From contig DDGG01000033.1 in the NCBI GenBank assembly GCA_002337525.1, forward strand, positions 30,221 to 94,220: 64,000 nt of DNA, read 5' to 3'. The notes under the pieces were generated by a model. That model saw only the letters and a list, made by a program, of their open reading frames with translations, made no database searches and had not been told where the DNA came from. Below are positions 1 to 9,346 of this stretch, one piece after another (position 1 is the first letter of the stretch; every line of letters begins with the position of its first letter). The stretch comes from Alphaproteobacteria bacterium UBA1908. GTDB lineage: Bacteria > Pseudomonadota > Alphaproteobacteria > Caedimonadales > UBA1908. The translations under genes were made by a program, and so were the position numbers.

Positions 1-284
1 GCCTTTTTTATGCCTGGCAAAGAACGAACTTGCTTTACGCCTGCCTCATACCCCTTAAACCCTTCCTGAGTTGCTGCAGCAACGGCAATATGGCCATTAA
101 ATCCAAGAATATTATCGATGAGCTTCTCACGAAAGCCACTCATAACTGACATTACAATAATGAGTGCAGCCACACCAATAGTAATGCCTAAAAAGGAAAA
201 CCCCGCAATCAGGGAAATAAAACCTTCTTTCCGACTGGGTTTTAAATAACGAAGGGCAACCTGCCACTCAAAACGTTTAATCAT
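1..284 (-). CDS. Lipoprotein-releasing ABC permease, LolC/LolE (FtsX/MacB-type) family; only the N-terminal ~94 codons are present, gene runs off the left edge
   Basis: Not in the ORF track (no stop in window). My translation from ATG at 284..282: MIKRFEWQVALRYLKPSRKEGFISLIAGFSFLGITIGVAALIIVMSVMSGFREKLIDNILGFNGHIAV... This shows the LRY-basic-F(I/V)S, TM1 and SVMxGF pattern of LolC/E. It starts 1 nt after the proS stop. Confidence 0.7.
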   Translation of the reverse strand, partial: MIKRFEWQVALRYLKPSRKEGFISLIAGFSFLGITIGVAALIIVMSVMSGFREKLIDNILGFNGHIAVAAATQEGFKGYEAGVKQVRSLPGIKK

Positions 285-285
285 C

Positions 286-1593
286 TTAGGCAGCCAGGGT
301 AGCAGTAAGTTGTGTCAACGCAGAACCAAGGCTGATTTCCTGAACCACTCCTGAACGTCGACATTTAATTTCAACGGTTCCGGCCTTTAATCCTTTTGGT
401 CCCACACGAACTTGCCAGGGTAAGCCAATAAGATCCATCGTGGCAAACTTGTCTCCTGCTCCAGTTTGACGATCATCATATAAAACAGTGACACCACTTT
501 CGATCAAGCGATCATAAATATTCTGGCAGGTTTCATCACACGCCGAGTCACCTACTTTCAAATTGATCAAGGCAATTTGGAAAGGAGCTACAGACTCTGG
601 CCAGATAATGCCTGCCTCGTCATGACTTGCCTCGATAATCGCTGCCACAAGGCGGGAAATGCCAATGCCATAACTTCCCATATGAATGGGCAAGATTTTA
701 CCATCAAAGTCTGTGATATTGGCACCAAGAGCCTCTGAATACTTTGTCCCGAAATAGAAAATATGCCCAACTTCAATACCTCGTGCCTGACGAAGATCTG
801 ATGCAGGCACAGGACAATTTTCAGGATCATGCATTTCTTCTTCCATAGCGTAAAGATCCATTATTGCGTCAACGGGTACTTCTGTATGGCCGGACTCTGC
901 CATAATGTCTTCAAGTTTTCGATCATAATACAAGAGGCTTTCCCCTGTTGAAGCAATAATGTGGAACTCATGGCTCAAGTCACCGCCAATGGGACCCGGG
1001 TCAGCTCGCACAGGAACTGCGGTTAACCCAAGACGATCAAAAGTCTTGATATAGGCCCGCATCATCCTGAAATAGGATTCCCGAGCCCCCTTTTCATTGA
1101 CATCAAAGGAATAGGCATCTTTCATATAAAATTCACGCCCTCTCATAACACCGAATCGAGGACGAATTTCATCCCTGAATTTCCACTGAATCTGGTAAAG
1201 AGACTGGGGCAAATCACGATAACTGCGTAGATATCGGCGTGCAATGTCCGTCATTAACTCTTCTGCCGTGGGCGTATACAACATATCTCTATCATGGCGA
1301 TCCTGAAACCGCAGCATTTCAGCACCATAGGCATCATAACGCCCACTTTCTTTCCATAAGTCAGCAGACTGTATCGTCGGCAAGACGACTTCATGCGCAC
1401 CCGATTGGTTTAATTCGTTGCGAACAATAGCCTCTATTTTCCTCAAAACAATACTACCGAGAGGAAGCCAGCTATAAATCCCCGAGGTTGATTGGGAAAT
1501 CATTCCTGCCCGCAACATTAAACGATGCGAAACAACCTGGGCTTCCTGGGGTGTTTCTTTTAAGGTTGGTAAGAAATATTGGCTAAGGCGCAT
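286..1593 (-). CDS. proS: Prolyl-tRNA synthetase, short INS-less alphaproteobacterial type
   Basis: 435 aa full-length ORF. Class II aaRS blocks [25 protein letters not shown] and [16 protein letters not shown], plus a C-terminal anticodon-binding region. The length fits the editing-domain-less ProRS of Alphaproteobacteria. Confidence 0.93.
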   Translation of the reverse strand: MRLSQYFLPTLKETPQEAQVVSHRLMLRAGMISQSTSGIYSWLPLGSIVLRKIEAIVRNELNQSGAHEVVLPTIQSADLWKESGRYDAYGAEMLRFQDRHDRDMLYTPTAEELMTDIARRYLRSYRDLPQSLYQIQWKFRDEIRPRFGVMRGREFYMKDAYSFDVNEKGARESYFRMMRAYIKTFDRLGLTAVPVRADPGPIGGDLSHEFHIIASTGESLLYYDRKLEDIMAESGHTEVPVDAIMDLYAMEEEMHDPENCPVPASDLRQARGIEVGHIFYFGTKYSEALGANITDFDGKILPIHMGSYGIGISRLVAAIIEASHDEAGIIWPESVAPFQIALINLKVGDSACDETCQNIYDRLIESGVTVLYDDRQTGAGDKFATMDLIGLPWQVRVGPKGLKAGTVEIKCRRSGVVQEISLGSALTQLTATLAA

Positions 1594-1686
1594 TCACCTG
1601 TTTCCATAAAAAACTGTATCCATAAGTGTTTATAAGACAGATTCCTGGTAGGGACAAGAGCAACATGAGATATTATTAACGAAATT

Positions 1687-2652
1687 CTAGCCAGCTGATA
1701 AAGGAGCCGCCCTGGCTTTGATTTTTTTGCGGCCTTCATCCTCCTGAAAACAGATAATAACTGTACCAGCGAAAATGATAACAGCACCAATCCAAAGAGC
1801 TTCTGATCTCGGCAACTCGCCAAAAGCAGAATAAGCGAAAAACGCTGTAAACAAAAGGCGTGAAAAACCAAAAGGGGCCAAGAAGCTGATTTCTGCACAT
1901 TTATAACAATAGGCATGGGTAAGATTTCCAAGAGTTGCCACAATACCTAAAGGAATCAGATAAAGAAAGTGTTCCCATTCCAAAGGGCGCCAGTCCACAA
2001 GAGCTGGGATCAACATGATAGGAGCCATAAAAATCAAGATATAAGTTGTCAACACTTTGGGAGCTTCTCCGTTGCTCGCAAGTTTTCTACCTAAAACTTT
2101 TGACGCTGCAAAACAAGCTGAAGCCAGTAAGGGCAAGGCAATAATCCAGCCAAGAGGATCATAGGAGTCTCCCATAAAAGCCTGGTCGGGTCGCGTTATT
2201 AGAAAAGCCCCGGTAAAACCAAATAAAATTCCGATAAGACGAAAGGGACCAATCCTTTCCCGTAAATAAAAAGCAGCGCCAATAACAGTAAGAATAGGGC
2301 TTGTAAAACCCAGAGCCACAGCTTTTGCTGCAGGCATTGATTTAAAAGCATAATAAAGACAAATCACACCAGAAGCCGCAAAAACAACACGCATAAGGTG
2401 AAGTGTTTTCCTGCCTGTTTTAAGAGCCTCGAAAGTTTCTTTCTTCACAAGAACAGGTAAAAAGAAAATGGCACCAATCAAATACTGTAAAAAAGCAATT
2501 TGTGAAGATGACAGGGCTTTTTCAACACCGCCAGATCCGCCCGTTAGATAACGTACGATAATATTCATCATGGCAAAACACGCACATGCCATCGTTTTCC
2601 AGATAACGCCTTGAACCTTCAGTGGTAAAGTCAAAAAAGTTTTTCTCATCAT
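1687..2652 (-). CDS. DMT superfamily (EamA-like) permease
   Basis: Polytopic hydrophobic protein with two EamA-like halves. The ORF extends to 2730, but MMRKTFLTLPLK at 2652 is the more plausible start. Confidence 0.75.
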   Translation of the reverse strand: MMRKTFLTLPLKVQGVIWKTMACACFAMMNIIVRYLTGGSGGVEKALSSSQIAFLQYLIGAIFFLPVLVKKETFEALKTGRKTLHLMRVVFAASGVICLYYAFKSMPAAKAVALGFTSPILTVIGAAFYLRERIGPFRLIGILFGFTGAFLITRPDQAFMGDSYDPLGWIIALPLLASACFAASKVLGRKLASNGEAPKVLTTYILIFMAPIMLIPALVDWRPLEWEHFLYLIPLGIVATLGNLTHAYCYKCAEISFLAPFGFSRLLFTAFFAYSAFGELPRSEALWIGAVIIFAGTVIICFQEDEGRKKIKARAAPLSAG

Positions 2653-2881
2653 ACTTGCCTGTTTTCTTTCTACGTCCCGGATAGATAAAAAAACTTCTAA
2701 AATACAAAAAATGTACCATACATAATACATACCAAAAGGAGCTTTGCCTCCAGGTTTGCTATATATAAGAAGGCTGCGTCCTTAAATCAAGCAAAAGAAA
2801 GAATTATTAAAGCTTAATTTCCTCCACCCCTTAACTTTATCTATAAAAGAAGTTACTCTTATTCAAAAAGGGAGTGTTTTT

Positions 2882-3358
2882 ATGAAAAACTTTTTATATT
2901 CTATTGCCGTTCTTATCGCACCTACAGTTTGTAACGCAGAAGATTTTTCTTTAGTACCTGACCCCAGTTTTACTATTACCATACTTTTTCCAAAGATGGA
3001 TCAGAAAGTATCTTTTGCCTGCAAAACGTCGGCAACATGCAAGTCAGATGGTAAAATCACCATACGAGGACAACAACAAAACCTGAATATTGCCCTTAAT
3101 ATCAATCCTCATAAACATCACTCAAGAGCAAGACACGTGTCACCCTATGCCCCAAAAAGCTTTCGCTATAATCTGACAATTGATACAGGAAAACCAGGAA
3201 CGTTTCTAAATACAGCACATCTTGCCAAAAGAGGCACCCTTCCACCCTATGAAGGTGTTTATTTTCAAAAGCCACTGACCTACTGGTACAAAAAAGGAGG
3301 ACGAGAACATAAAATTAATATTGATCTCGTACAGATCCAGATCGAACCAAACACATGA
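2882..3358 (+). CDS. Hypothetical secreted protein (158 aa)
   Basis: ATG preceded by AAGGGAG. N-terminal signal peptide MKNFLYSIAVLIAPTVCNA. No recognisable domain. Confidence 0.6.
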   Translation: MKNFLYSIAVLIAPTVCNAEDFSLVPDPSFTITILFPKMDQKVSFACKTSATCKSDGKITIRGQQQNLNIALNINPHKHHSRARHVSPYAPKSFRYNLTIDTGKPGTFLNTAHLAKRGTLPPYEGVYFQKPLTYWYKKGGREHKINIDLVQIQIEPNT

Positions 3359-3401
3359 TTGTAGTCAACATTAAAAGAATCCTGAATCTTTTATATAATC
3401 C

Positions 3402-3857
3402 TTACGATTTTTTGCGAACAAGAGCTTGTAGAATTTTAATGAGCTTTTGCTGGTCTTCAGGTATCAGAGAGCCAAAAAATAGAGCGTCCATCCCCTCAAT
3501 TAAAGGCACTATCTCTGACGTCAGTGCCTTGCCATTATCTGTTAAAAGAACTGTTTTTGCACGATTATCCCGAAAATTTTCATAACGCTCCAGATACCCT
3601 TGACTCACCAATTTCCCAAGAGATTTAGAGACCGTCATTTTATCAAGTCTGGTTAAGTGTACAAGGTCATTTTGCGTCACCTCCTCCGATGATTTCTGAT
3701 GCCACAAAAGAGTTGCCAAAATCACAAATTGCGCATGAGATATTCCGTAGGGCTCAAGCACTTTTCTTAGAAGACGCTGCCACGTTTGAGTTGTCTGCCA
3801 CAATAAATACCCCGGGCTATCTTCGGCGGCTTCAAATCCAAAGGGATTCTGTTTCAT
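3402..3857 (-). CDS. MarR family transcriptional regulator
   Basis: Winged-helix pattern: LLWQTTQTWQRLLRKVLEPYGISHAQFVILATLLW ... LTRLDKMTVSKSLGKLVSQGYLER..NFRDNRAK. The ORF runs to 3875, but the ATG at 3857 follows a GGAGG. Confidence 0.85.
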   Translation of the reverse strand: MKQNPFGFEAAEDSPGYLLWQTTQTWQRLLRKVLEPYGISHAQFVILATLLWHQKSSEEVTQNDLVHLTRLDKMTVSKSLGKLVSQGYLERYENFRDNRAKTVLLTDNGKALTSEIVPLIEGMDALFFGSLIPEDQQKLIKILQALVRKKS

Positions 3858-3904
3858 ACAAATTATTTCCTCCAATAAAGAAGCCTCTGTTTATAAAAGA
3901 TTCT

Positions 3905-4327
3905 TCAATAGTCAGATTTTGCCAAATCAACCAGACTCCTGACTTCTTCAGGAACAGATTCTGCCACATGACGGGCGACAAGCCTAACCCAAAGTTTTGT
4001 CAAGGGACCTTTCACAACAAGGTGGTTTGTCAATAACAGCCCTCCCTTTTGTTCTTCAACACGGTGTGTGTCATACATTTTTGCCCCAAAAAAAGAAGTA
4101 CAGTCTGTGAATTCGTATTCTTCTTTAATATCAACCAGCTGGATCTTTACTGCCTTCATCCCCTTTGGCTTAAGAAAAAAATGGGAACCAACTTTAAAAT
4201 CTCCAATTAAACGGCATGATTCAAGATCAGTGTGCCACCGAGGCCAGTTATCAATATCTTTCCAAAGACGCCAAATCTCTTTTTTTGAAATACCCTCATA
4301 AAAGCAGCGATGAGTTTGTTGCCACAT
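3905..4327 (-). CDS. SRPBCC (START/polyketide-cyclase-like) family protein
   Basis: About 140 aa from MWQQTHRCFYEGISKKEIWRLWKDIDNWPRWHTDLESCRL, typical of SRPBCC ligand-binding proteins. The ORF upstream extension to 4435 is AT-rich and improbable. Lies immediately upstream of marR on the same strand. Confidence 0.65.
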   Translation of the reverse strand: MWQQTHRCFYEGISKKEIWRLWKDIDNWPRWHTDLESCRLIGDFKVGSHFFLKPKGMKAVKIQLVDIKEEYEFTDCTSFFGAKMYDTHRVEEQKGGLLLTNHLVVKGPLTKLWVRLVARHVAESVPEEVRSLVDLAKSDY

Positions 4328-4501
4328 AAAAAAACCTTTTGTATTTATAACATATAATATTATATACATATAATAAGCTGTAAAAGTCAAGAGATCATCT
4401 TGAAAAATATCAGTCAAAAAAACGTTAAAGAACAAGACACAGTGCTCTTTTCGTGGTATGAGGTCTCAATATGTTTTTATATTTTCCAAAAGACCTTTCA
4501 T

Positions 4502-5398
4502 ATGGTTTCCGGACATCAAAATAAGTCACTTATTGGGGGTCTTTACATGGCTTTTGCCATGTTTGTTTTTATGTCTGTGAATGTCGCTGTCAAGGATGCC
4601 ACGGCCTCGTATCCCTTGATGCAGGTTGTCTTTTTTCGATATGCTTTCTCGATCATTCCCTGCCTGGTTCTTCTAAAAGCTGCTGGAGGCCTGAAAGCTC
4701 TTAAAACCGTCGACATCAAATGGCACTTTTTTTCAGGGTGTATAGGTGTTTTGGGTCTTTATTGCCTCTTTAAGTCTTTTCATGTTTTGCCGCTCGCAGA
4801 TGCAACGGCTTTTTCCTATTCCTCGATTCTTTTTGTAACTCTTTTATCGTCACCCATCTTAAATGAAAAAGTCGGTCCACGTCGCTGGATTGCTGTTCTT
4901 ATTGGCTTTTCCGGAGTGATTTTTATGGTCAATCCAACAGGCCGGGTTTTCCAGACAGGCGCCTTGTACAGCCTTACTTTTGCCCTGATTGATGCAACGG
5001 TTATTATCATGGCGCGCCTTCTGACAAAAAGAAATCACCCTGCTAGTATCGTTTTCTACTTTGTTACAATATCTGCATTTATTAGTGCATTCTTCCTTCC
5101 CTTTGGAAACTGGGAAACACCTTTTTCCCTGTTACATTGGGGGCAACTTATTCTTCTTGGTATTGGAGGGGGCATAGGTCAAATTCTTCTTACTCATGCT
5201 TTTAGGTATGCCCCCGCAACTGTTGCTGCCCCTGTCAGTTATACTTCATTTGTCTGGGGCGTTCTTTTCGGGATATTATTCTGGAATGATTTTCCAACTC
5301 CTGAAGTATGGATTGGCTGTAGTGTTCTTATTGTATGCGGTGTCTATATTACTTATCGAGCCCATAAAATAGAAAAGGCTAAAGCTTTAAAAGGTTAA
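4502..5398 (+). CDS. DMT superfamily (EamA-like) permease
   Basis: Ten predicted TM segments and duplicated EamA halves. Likely start is MVSGHQNKSL (the ORF begins at 4400). Divergent from the SRPBCC-MarR pair. Confidence 0.75.
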   Translation: MVSGHQNKSLIGGLYMAFAMFVFMSVNVAVKDATASYPLMQVVFFRYAFSIIPCLVLLKAAGGLKALKTVDIKWHFFSGCIGVLGLYCLFKSFHVLPLADATAFSYSSILFVTLLSSPILNEKVGPRRWIAVLIGFSGVIFMVNPTGRVFQTGALYSLTFALIDATVIIMARLLTKRNHPASIVFYFVTISAFISAFFLPFGNWETPFSLLHWGQLILLGIGGGIGQILLTHAFRYAPATVAAPVSYTSFVWGVLFGILFWNDFPTPEVWIGCSVLIVCGVYITYRAHKIEKAKALKG

Positions 5399-6336
5399 AG
5401 TCCCATCAAACTTCTGGCAAAAGGTAATGCTTCAAAATTTTGTAAATCATCAACAGATTCACCTACACCGATAGCATGAATTGGTAACTCGAACTTTTGA
5501 GCCAGTGCAATAAGAACACCTCCTTTAGCTGTTCCATCTAACTTTGTCACAACAAGACCTGTCACACCGGCCGTCTTTTGGAAAAGATCAACCTGAGAAT
5601 GAGCATTCTGACCCACAGTCGCATCCAAAACAAGAAGACAAGAATGAGGTGCCTGTGGATCTATTTTTTTCAAAACACGTTTGATTTTCGCAAGTTCATC
5701 CATCAAATCCTGACGGTTCTGCAGGCGTCCTGCTGTATCAATCAAAAGAATATCGTCACCAGCTTCTTTAGAAGTTTCATAGGCTTCATAGGCAAGTCCT
5801 GCAGGGTCACCTCCCGGAGTACCAACAGTGACAGGAACGCCGGCTCGTTCTCCCCAAACCTGTAATTGTTCAACCGCTGCTGCTCTAAAAGTATCTCCCG
5901 CAGCCACCCGAACTTTTTTGCCTTCACCAGCCCACCTGGAAGCCAACTTGCCAATCGTTGTTGTCTTACCGCTGCCATTAACTCCCACAACAAGAAATAC
6001 ATAAGGCTTTGATTGAGTTTCTAACGTAAAAGAAGTCGCATACGGCAATAAAATTTCCTCAAGACGCTTTGACAGAAAAGTTCTTATTTCTTCGTCACTA
6101 ACTTCTTGATCAAAACGATCCCTGGCAAGAGCCGCCACAAGGTTTGCTGCTGTTTCAACCCCAAGATCTGAAGCAATCAAATGTTCTTCCAGTTCTTCAA
6201 GAACAGATTCATCAAGGCGACGTTTTTTGACAATTGCAACAATACCATCGCTGATTTTTGAAGATGACTTTTTAAGACCGTCTTTAAGTCTTTTGAACCA
6301 TCCTTTTTTCTCTATTTCTTCACTCATTTTCAACAA
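5395..6336 (-). CDS. ftsY: Signal recognition particle receptor FtsY
   Basis: SRP GTPase motifs GVNGSGKTTTIGKLA, DTAGRLQN and TKLDGTAKGG. N-terminal acidic/helical domain. Confidence 0.93.
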   Translation of the reverse strand: MLKMSEEIEKKGWFKRLKDGLKKSSSKISDGIVAIVKKRRLDESVLEELEEHLIASDLGVETAANLVAALARDRFDQEVSDEEIRTFLSKRLEEILLPYATSFTLETQSKPYVFLVVGVNGSGKTTTIGKLASRWAGEGKKVRVAAGDTFRAAAVEQLQVWGERAGVPVTVGTPGGDPAGLAYEAYETSKEAGDDILLIDTAGRLQNRQDLMDELAKIKRVLKKIDPQAPHSCLLVLDATVGQNAHSQVDLFQKTAGVTGLVVTKLDGTAKGGVLIALAQKFELPIHAIGVGESVDDLQNFEALPFARSLMGL

Positions 6337-7606
6337 CAGCCTTTCCTGTCAGCCCCTGGTCATCATATCCGGTCACGTAAGCAATGACGTTCTCCCCTTT
6401 GTCAAAACTACGTCCCCTGGAAGTCTCCAGGCGTATAGGAGCAAAATGGCTGGTATGTCCTTTTGATTTTTCTTCAATCAAAACAGAAACCTTTTGACCC
6501 AACTGGCTTTTATGAAAAAGATTTTTTTGTTGGCTCCCTAGTTTCCGTAAACGAGCCGCTCTGGATTTAATTTCTTTCCCCATGACTTGAGGCATTTTAG
6601 CAGCAGGCGTTCCTTCCCGCCTGGAGTAGGGAAAAACATGCAGATAAGTTAGATTGCATTCCAACACAATTTTTAGAGAATTTTGGAACATTTCTTCAGT
6701 TTCAGTCGGAAATCCAGCAATGATATCAGCCCCGAAAACAACATCCGGACGTATAGATCTTACCTTTTTACAAAAGGCAATAGCATCTTCCCGTAAATGT
6801 CGGCGCTTCATGCGTTTTAAAATCATGTTATCCCCTGCTTGTAAACTAATATGCAAATGGGGCATTAAACGGATATCACTCTCCAGAAGGCGGTAAATAT
6901 CCTCGTCAACCTCGCTGGGGTCCAAGGAAGAAAGGCGTAACCTTTTCAAATCAGGAACCTGGGCTAAAACCCGCCGTGTCATTTGTCCCAGGGTTGGTGC
7001 TCCCGGTAAATCCGCACCATATCCGGTGATATCAACGCCTGTAAAAACAACTTCCTGACAGCCTTCTGCCACAAGATGACGTACTTGCCTCACAATTTCT
7101 GCCACAGGAACACTGCGGTTATTACCGCGCCCAAAGGGAATAGAGCAAAATGTACACCGATGATCACAGCCGTTTTGGATTTCAATAAAAGCACGTGTTC
7201 GACTTTCAAAACCGGAAATTAAATGATGTGCCGTTTCACGGATATTCATAATATCATTGACCAACACCTTTTTTGATGTTTCAGGCAAAAAACTGTCTGC
7301 CTTCATTTTTTCAGTGTTTCCCAAAACGCGATCGACTTCAGGCATTGATGCGTAAGTCTCAGGGTGAATCTGGGCACTACAACCGGCTACAATAATTCGG
7401 GCAGCAGGGTTTTCACGTCGCGCTTTTCGCACTGCTTGACGAGACTGACGCTCTGCTTCATTTGTCACAGCACATGTATTAATAATAACGACATCTTCAT
7501 CCTTCAGATGTTGTGATGCGTGATCACGCATCACTTCGGATTCATAGGTATTTAATCGACATCCCAGTGTCATCGTTTTAATTAAAGAAGATTTATTGGC
7601 TGTCAT
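6320..7606 (-). CDS. mtaB: MiaB-like radical-SAM tRNA methylthiotransferase (MtaB type)
   Basis: N-terminal UPF0004 Cys pattern (LGCRLN, INTCAV, AGCSAQ), radical SAM CDHRCTFCSIP and a C-terminal TRAM-like region. The dapF-mtaB-ftsY order is typical of Alphaproteobacteria. Confidence 0.82.
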   Translation of the reverse strand: MTANKSSLIKTMTLGCRLNTYESEVMRDHASQHLKDEDVVIINTCAVTNEAERQSRQAVRKARRENPAARIIVAGCSAQIHPETYASMPEVDRVLGNTEKMKADSFLPETSKKVLVNDIMNIRETAHHLISGFESRTRAFIEIQNGCDHRCTFCSIPFGRGNNRSVPVAEIVRQVRHLVAEGCQEVVFTGVDITGYGADLPGAPTLGQMTRRVLAQVPDLKRLRLSSLDPSEVDEDIYRLLESDIRLMPHLHISLQAGDNMILKRMKRRHLREDAIAFCKKVRSIRPDVVFGADIIAGFPTETEEMFQNSLKIVLECNLTYLHVFPYSRREGTPAAKMPQVMGKEIKSRAARLRKLGSQQKNLFHKSQLGQKVSVLIEEKSKGHTSHFAPIRLETSRGRSFDKGENVIAYVTGYDDQGLTGKAVVENE

Positions 7607-8436
7607 AAGTCAAAAAGCATTTCGTTAAACGTTCCCTGAAAAGACTGTTTTACAGGACCGGACATCGTTATTTTTTGGCCATCATATGTCACAGATAAAT
7701 CACCTCCGTCAAGAGTAACACATACAGATTCACCTTGTGTTACAAAGCCTCGACGCACAGCAGCGACAACTGTGGCACATGCCCCGGTTGCACAGGCAGG
7801 CGTAATACCTGTGCCCCTTTCCCATACTCTCATACGCAGGTGATGACGTGATAGACAAGAAACAAATTCAACATTCGCCCCCTTTGGATAAAGAGGATGT
7901 CGTGTTAACTCGCGACCAAACCTTTCAAGAGGAACTTCTTCTGCATCCGGCACAAAAAAAACCATATGAGGGTTACCAACTCCCACACCCACCGGGCGTT
8001 CTAATCCTTCTACATCAACAGGCAGGAACAGAGTATCACTGTCCTGACTAAGCTTCATATCAGCAGAAGTTAACTGAGGGCTTCCCATTTTTACATGTGT
8101 GGCACCATCGATATGAGAAGTTTTTAAAAAACCGGCGACTGTCTCAATTGTATGACCTGAAAGGCCTGATTCCATTGTCAGCAAATGTCCAACGCACCGC
8201 GTTGCATTACCACATGCTTCAACCTCCCCTCCGTCCGCATTAAAAATATGCATATATACGGCACACCCTTCTGTTCGAGGAGGGGCTAAAAGAATAAGCT
8301 GGTCACAGCCAACACCAAGGCGACGATTCGCAAGGATTTTAAGCTGCTCAACGGTCAGAGTTATATTATTTTGACGACCGTCAAGAATAATAAAGTCATT
8401 CCCTAAACCATGCATTTTTGTAAAAGTATACATCAT
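7603..8436 (-). CDS. dapF: Diaminopimelate epimerase
   Basis: HGLGNDFIILD, NADGGEVEACGNATRC and the second catalytic Cys region TPACATGACA. Overlaps the mtaB start by 4 nt. Confidence 0.92.
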   Translation of the reverse strand: MMYTFTKMHGLGNDFIILDGRQNNITLTVEQLKILANRRLGVGCDQLILLAPPRTEGCAVYMHIFNADGGEVEACGNATRCVGHLLTMESGLSGHTIETVAGFLKTSHIDGATHVKMGSPQLTSADMKLSQDSDTLFLPVDVEGLERPVGVGVGNPHMVFFVPDAEEVPLERFGRELTRHPLYPKGANVEFVSCLSRHHLRMRVWERGTGITPACATGACATVVAAVRRGFVTQGESVCVTLDGGDLSVTYDGQKITMSGPVKQSFQGTFNEMLFDL

Positions 8437-8502
8437 TCTTGTCTTATACGATGAGGCACCTTGCTTCGTCCAGTATTTTCAGGCAACGCCATAAAAATAT
8501 TC

Positions 8503-8912
8503 TGGATCGTCACGTTGACCTTCGGTCTCCTCACGATGACATGGACAGAAAGGGACTCCCATGATGATGGTTCTACTTCCGTCACTCAGAACGGATCTCT
8601 TTCTTTTCGTCATTCAGAAGGCGTTTCCCCCCTCCGTCACTTAGAATGCGTCTCGTTCACTCCGTCATTCAGAGTGAGCGAAGCGAGGGAAGAATCCAGA
8701 ATACTTTTCCACAAGACACACATCCCTTAAAGCCTGGATCCCGACGGGTGGCCTTGCCACCCTCTGGATGACAGGGAAATAAACGTACCTCCTCACGATG
8801 ACGGTTTTACTTCCGTCCCTCAGAAGGACCCCCTTCATCCGTCATTCAGAGTGAGCGAAGCAAGGGAAGAATCCAGAATACTTCCACAAGGGCACACATC
8901 CTTTAAAACCCG
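8503..8912. repeat. Intergenic mosaic array (locus A) of GTCAT...ATCCAG hairpin units and half-units
   Basis: Full units at 8664-8699 and 8841-8876 (GTCATTCAGAGTGAGCGAAGCRAGGGAAGAATCCAG). Inverted unit at 8734-8772 (CTGGATCCCGACGGGTGGCCTTGCCACCCTCTGGATGAC). Half-sites GTCAYTYAGAR at 8581, 8609, 8636 and 8664. CCTCCTCACGATGAC at 8529 and 8789. Confidence 0.85.
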
Positions 8913-8924
8913 GAAAAAAGCTTT

Positions 8925-9137
8925 CTAGGGAGTCAATTTGGCCTTAGATAAAATTTTTTCTGCATGTTCAAAATCTTTTTCATCAACCATCATACGATAC
9001 CCTAAAGCTTCTACACCTGGATAAAGACTGCTCATACCCTCATCAAATACAGTGGCCTCGATGCCTTCTTCAACTAAAATACTCCGGGCCAAATAAGCTT
9101 CTGCAGGTAAAGAGAATACTCTTAAAACAACCAACAT
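8925..9137 (-). CDS. Small DUF2007-like protein (putative signal-transducing fold)
   Basis: 70 aa. The pattern VLRVFSLPAEAYLARSILVEEGIEATVFDE...MVDEKDFEHAEKIL matches my recollection of DUF2007. Confidence 0.55.
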   Translation of the reverse strand: MLVVLRVFSLPAEAYLARSILVEEGIEATVFDEGMSSLYPGVEALGYRMMVDEKDFEHAEKILSKAKLTP

Positions 9138-9346
9138 TGCAGTCCTCTCTTTTTTTTAACAGAGCCATCACTAACTCCAAGTAATATAACATGATACTTT
9201 AGAACCTTAAAATTACTATACTTTTAGGCTATCAATGTGTTTTTTCTGCCTTTTTGAAAAAGATTTTTCTTTAAAACAAGATATCTCTTTTATTAAAGCA
9301 CTTCCCTGTCTTATACTTTTTAAAAGCTTAACGGGTTATTTAAATC

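Noticed and set aside
1560-1943. 127-aa minus-strand ORF bridging the proS start and the DMT gene end; also 2522..2719, 588..830 and 1239..1430
   Set aside because: These are out-of-frame overlaps with well-supported genes and have no independent support.
8461-8730. 89-aa ORF on the + strand downstream of dapF
   Set aside because: It reads straight through the GTCAY...AGAR half-site array of repeat locus A. Its periodic peptide (RHSEGVSPLRHLECVSFTPSFRVSEA) is a by-product of the DNA repeat. It has no SD and no plausible protein features.
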